A stretch of DNA of 64,000 bases, taken from assembly GCF_030028105.1 (NCBI RefSeq), contig NC_092372.1, positions 57,230,034 to 57,294,033 on the forward strand, given 5' to 3'. The DNA is from Mobula birostris. Its lineage: Eukaryota. This document shows positions 59,733 to 64,000 of this stretch, in pieces (the stretch's first letter is position 1; the number at the start of each line of letters is the position of its first letter). Made by a program: the position numbers and the translations under genes. The notes beneath the pieces are model-generated. The model saw nothing but the letters and a program-made list of their open reading frames with translations, was not told the DNA's origin and did not search any database.

Positions 59733-60110
59733 GAACGTGGAATTGAAGCAGCAGAGATGTGGTTTTTGAGGAGGATGCAAAGAATATCATGGACGAAATG
59801 AATATCTAACAAGGGTGTCATGAACAGAGCAAACACAAAAAGAGAAGTAATTTATGAGATCATGAAAAGGCAACGTAATTTCATTGGATATGTGATTAGG
59901 AAAGAGGAGTTAGAATGCGCGGTAATTATGGGAAGGATTGACGGGAAGAAAGCAAAAGGAAGCCAAAGACAAATGATGATGGAGACAGCAGCCAGAGAAC
60001 TGGAAATGAATATCAATGAATTGATCCACTTGACCCAAAACAGGAGTGTGTGGGCCATGGCAGTCAAAGCTCAGACTGGGCATGGCACCAGATGATGATG
60101 ATGATGATGA
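59733..60110 (+). mobile_element. RTE (BovB-like) 3' fragment with (GAT)n tail, inserted in a Rex1 remnant
   Basis: IEAAEMWFLRRMQRISWT, FIGYVIRKEELE..IMGRIDGKK.KG.QR; (GAT)6 tail. Confidence 0.85.
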
Positions 60111-60552
60111 TTCATCATTAAGTACTCTCACCATCCAGGTATGCCCTCTTCTCCTTACTACCATCAAGGAGGAGGTACATTAAGAGCGTTAAGGTTCACA
60201 CATAAGATTTTAGGAACAGGTTTTTCACCTCTGCTATCATATTTATGAATGGTCCACGAATATATGAATATCACTTTGCAATTTAATTCATTATTTTTGT
60301 AATAACTTGTAGTAATGTTTTATGTCAGGCACTGTACTGATTTCACAAGACATCAATTTTCACAGCATATCTCAGTGATAATGAACCTGATTCTGATTTT
60401 GAAATTCATTTTCATTTACATTAACGGCACTAAATTTTGTAGGTCTTTAGAATGTGCTCTAAGATCATAAGATATAGGAGTAGAATTAGGTCATTTGGCC
60501 CATTGAGTCTGCTCCACCATTTCATCATGGCTGATCTAATTTCCTTCTCCTT

Positions 60553-61230
60553 GGTAGTGTGGAGGAGCAGAGGGATCTGTGGGTACTTGTCCACAGATCC
60601 CTGAAAGTTGCCTCACAGGTAGATAGGGTAGTTAAGAAAGTTTATGGGGTGTTAGTTTTCATAAGTCAAGGGACAGAGTTTAAGAGTCGTGAGGTAATGA
60701 TGCAGCTCTATAAAACTGGTTAGGCCACACTTGGAGTACTGTGTCCAGTTCTGGTCACCTCACTATAGGAAGGATGTGGAAGCATTGGAAAGGGTACAGA
60801 GGAGATTTATCAGGATACTGCCTGGTTTAGAAAGTATGCATTATGATCAGAGATTAAGGGAGCTAGGACTTTACTCTTTGGAGAGAAGGAGGATGAGAGG
60901 AGACATGATAGAGGTATACAAGATATTAAGAGGAATAGATAGAGTGGACAGCCAGCACCTCTTCCCCAGGGCACCACTGCTCAGTACAAGAGGACATGGC
61001 TTTAAGGTAAGAGGTGGGAAGTTCAAGTGGGATATTGGAGGACGGTATTTTACTCAGAGAGTCATTGGTGCGTGGAATGCACTGCCTGAGACAGTGGTGG
61101 AGGCAGATACACTAGTGAAATCTAAGACACTACTAGACAGGTATATGGAGGAATTTAAGGTGGGGGGGTTATATAGGAGGCAGGGTTTAAGGGTCAGCAC
61201 AACTATGTGGGCAAAAAGCCCTGTACTGTG
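60553..61230 (+). mobile_element. CR1 3' fragment
   Basis: 166-aa ORF EYCVQFWSPHYRKDVEALERVQRRF...FTQRVIGAWNALP. Confidence 0.92.
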
Positions 61231-61239
61231 AAGTAATTT

Positions 61240-61600
61240 CCTTTCTTCCACCTTTCTTGCTTCTTGAAGAGTGGAGTGACATTTGCAATTTTCCAGTCTT
61301 CCAGAACCATTCCAGAACCTAGTGATTCTTGTGCGATCATTACAAATGCCTTCACAATCTCTTTCAGAAGTCTGGGGTGTACACTGTTTGGGCCAGTTGA
61401 CTTATCTACCTTTAGACCTTTCAGTTTCCCGTAACCTTCTCTCTAGTTATGGTACCTTCACACGCTTCATGACCCCTGACACCTGGAACTTCCACCATAC
61501 TGCTAGTGTCTTCCACAATAAAGACCGATGCAAAATACTTATTCAGCTCATCTGCCATTTCCTTGTCCCCTATTATCTCTTGGGCATCACTTTCGCTGGA
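61240..61600 (-). mobile_element. CR1 internal fragment
   Basis: Reverse complement of the ELNKYFASVF..VE region. Confidence 0.7.
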
Positions 61601-62814
61601 TGTTTATCATGAATGTTTATTGAGTTTCTCTGGAGTAATGCTGGTGCCACAAGAGCTCACAGCTCATTGCCTACTGAACAATATTCAATGCTTAAACCCC
61701 AAACCCTGATATTTGCTGCAGGCTGGCAAGGTTGTTTGCTGAGATCACAATTCAAAGCATTTATCCTCACAACCTCAAAAAATGTATTGATCCATTTCTG
61801 AAAGGAAGCTAACTTTGTTTGACAACAATTTGTTCTAGCTACCTTATTTAATGGCAAATGGTTCTTGATCTGATATTTTAACTTGTTCTTTTTCCATCAA
61901 ATCTGCCTCAGTGATTCCAGTATTTTCTGCTTTTATCTCTGATTTTTGCATTTGCAGTTCTTTTTTGATATTCAGAATATTTATCATCAGCGCCTATGTA
62001 TGAATTTTAGGTAGGAGCATTGTTAATATCGTATTCTTAGCATCCTAGTTCCTTTATTCATCCTACTGGATCAATTATGACTGCTAGGACAACATAAATA
62101 CATATAAATTATTTGTATAAATGCTTTCTGATATTTAAACTAGGTGACTAGAGCTTTCAGAATGCATATGTTTTATTTTAAAAAGCTGTTTCTGGCACTT
62201 TGTTTTAAAATATGGTGTTGTGTATTGAGTTGGGGGAAGTTTTGAAATTTCTTTATTCCCAACAGTCTTGAATGTTTAATGAGTTTAGCTGCAGTGATGC
62301 TGGTGTCACAAGGATTCATAGGTCAATGCCTGGTGAACATAGTTCAGTTCTAAAGCACCAAGCTTTGATACTTGGTGCTGTTGGGCAAGATTTTATAATG
62401 GGAACACAAGGTATATTCTAATGTCTCTTATGATGAATTCCACAACTCAAAAAATTTTATTGAACCATGTTTGCATAATTTTTTTTGTTAGTAACTCTAA
62501 AGCACCTTCTTATATCCATAGTTTGGCATTCTTTTATATGTTGATTGTTTGTTTTCTCATATTTTACAACTGGATTTTTTTTTTCATTTGCTTTATTTGC
62601 CTTTAGGAGCAGCTATTTTCATACAGACTCATATCATAGAATGTAAACAGCAAATTATTTTTTTCCTCATGTAACCCTTATTTCTCTTCCCCTTTATTTT
62701 ACAATCACAACCACTAGTTCTCAAAATAGTGGAAGGCACATACTGTCTGCAGGCTAGACTCTAAGCCTAAATTGATAAGCTTCAGTATAGAGCTTGAAAC
62801 ACTAACAAAACACT

Positions 62815-64000
62815 GGAACTTCCATCCAGAACTGATCAAGCATTTTTTATGGAAAACGAAAGGAACAATATGTTTTTGTGATTTATTCATGAATAACTGT
62901 TTCATGTCCTTTGAACAGTTGTCTAATAAATAAAATTTGCCTAGATCACATTTCTTCAGATATTTACAGATTAGAAATTTTTGAAGGTTACCTACTTTTC
63001 GAATATCATATCAAATTGAAATTACAGAAATTTTTTTAGGTTTATACGCCTATCAGAAGAGCAATTGTTTATGATTTAATTACAAAAGTACATTTAGGTA
63101 TGTCTGATAAAATTAAGAATGAATGGGAAAGAGAACTTCAGGTACCCTTACCCATAGAGAAATGGGAGAAAATTCTCCAACTAGTTAACACTTTTTCAAT
63201 GTGTGCTAGACTTGCTTTGATACAATTTAAGGTGGTTCATAAGGCCCATATATCCACAGATAAGTTAGCTCGTTTCTATGGTCATATAAATCCTGTCTGT
63301 GACAGATGTAATTCTGAGGTAGCTTTCTTGACACATATGTTCTGGTCTTGCCCTCTTTTGAAAAAATATTGGAAAGACATTTTGAAATGATTTCAGTAGT
63401 TTTACATATTGATTTACAACCTAATCCTATTACTGCAATTTTTGGATTACCAATGATAAACTTTATTCATTTATCTCTTTCAGCTTGTCATTTGATTGCA
63501 TTTGTTACATTAATATCCAGAAGATCCATTTTATTTAAATGGAAAGATTCTAATCCCCCTACTACATTTCAATAGTTTTCCCAAACTATAACATGTTTAA
63601 ATTTGGAAAAAATTAGGAGTGGTACCACTGATCCTTCGGTTAAATTTGAAGAAACTCGGAGGCCATTTAGTCAACATTTTTATATGATGTAAGTTGACCT
63701 TTTCCGAATCCTTTTTAATAACTTCTTGTTTGTGTACAGAGGAGCGGAGTTAATGCCAAATAATGATTTTAACTGATGAAATATGGCAGCCCATTTTCTG
63801 TTTTGTTTTTTTTTAATGTAGGAGGTAAAAACATTTTTTTGAATCTTTTTCATGGTCAGTTATTAAGAGAATGGGAGGTTTAAATTAAATATATTACTCG
63901 GAGTCTGTGTCTGTATACGTTAACCGTTATTAATGTAATCTCGATCTCTGTATCATTATCATTGCTATATTTATCAATTTGAAACTCAATAAAAAGGATT
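62815..64000 (+). mobile_element. L1-clade LINE ORF2 C-terminus and 3'UTR
   Basis: SFEQL...LPRSHFFRYLQIR, WERELQ, IQFKVVH, CDRC...LTHMFWSCP (CCHC-type), AIFG; AATAAA at 63988. Confidence 0.9.

Overview
This is repeat-dominated vertebrate genomic DNA. The repeat families (CR1 with (CTATGTTT)n-type tails, Rex1/Babar, V-SINEs, Penelope terminal repeats) look like those of a cartilaginous fish, probably a ray; that assignment is inference from family recognition. I recognise no host protein-coding exon, tRNA, rRNA or CRISPR array, so the window reads as a large intron or intergenic region. Almost all listed ORFs are fragments or antisense shadows of decayed retroelements. Content: many CR1 LINEs (one with an SGNH-esterase ORF1), Rex1/Babar, Hero, R4/Dong, L1, two RTE families, Penelope-like remnants carrying hammerhead-ribozyme motifs, solo LTRs, Tigger/Tc1/mariner/hAT DNA elements, a G4-type higher-order minisatellite and a 382-nt assembly gap. 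Most notable: (i) a near full-length ~3.5-kb RTE resembling bird/nematode AviRTE; (ii) R4/Dong pieces in (TAA)n tracts in 3'-then-5' order; (iii) small TSD-flanked fold-back Penelope/hammerhead inserts; (iv) an 8.6-kb multi-level nested TE stack containing a fold-back CR1; (v) a few unique-sequence islands with splice-site or promoter signatures. Boundaries of old repeats are approximate, and family names were assigned from motifs without database searches.
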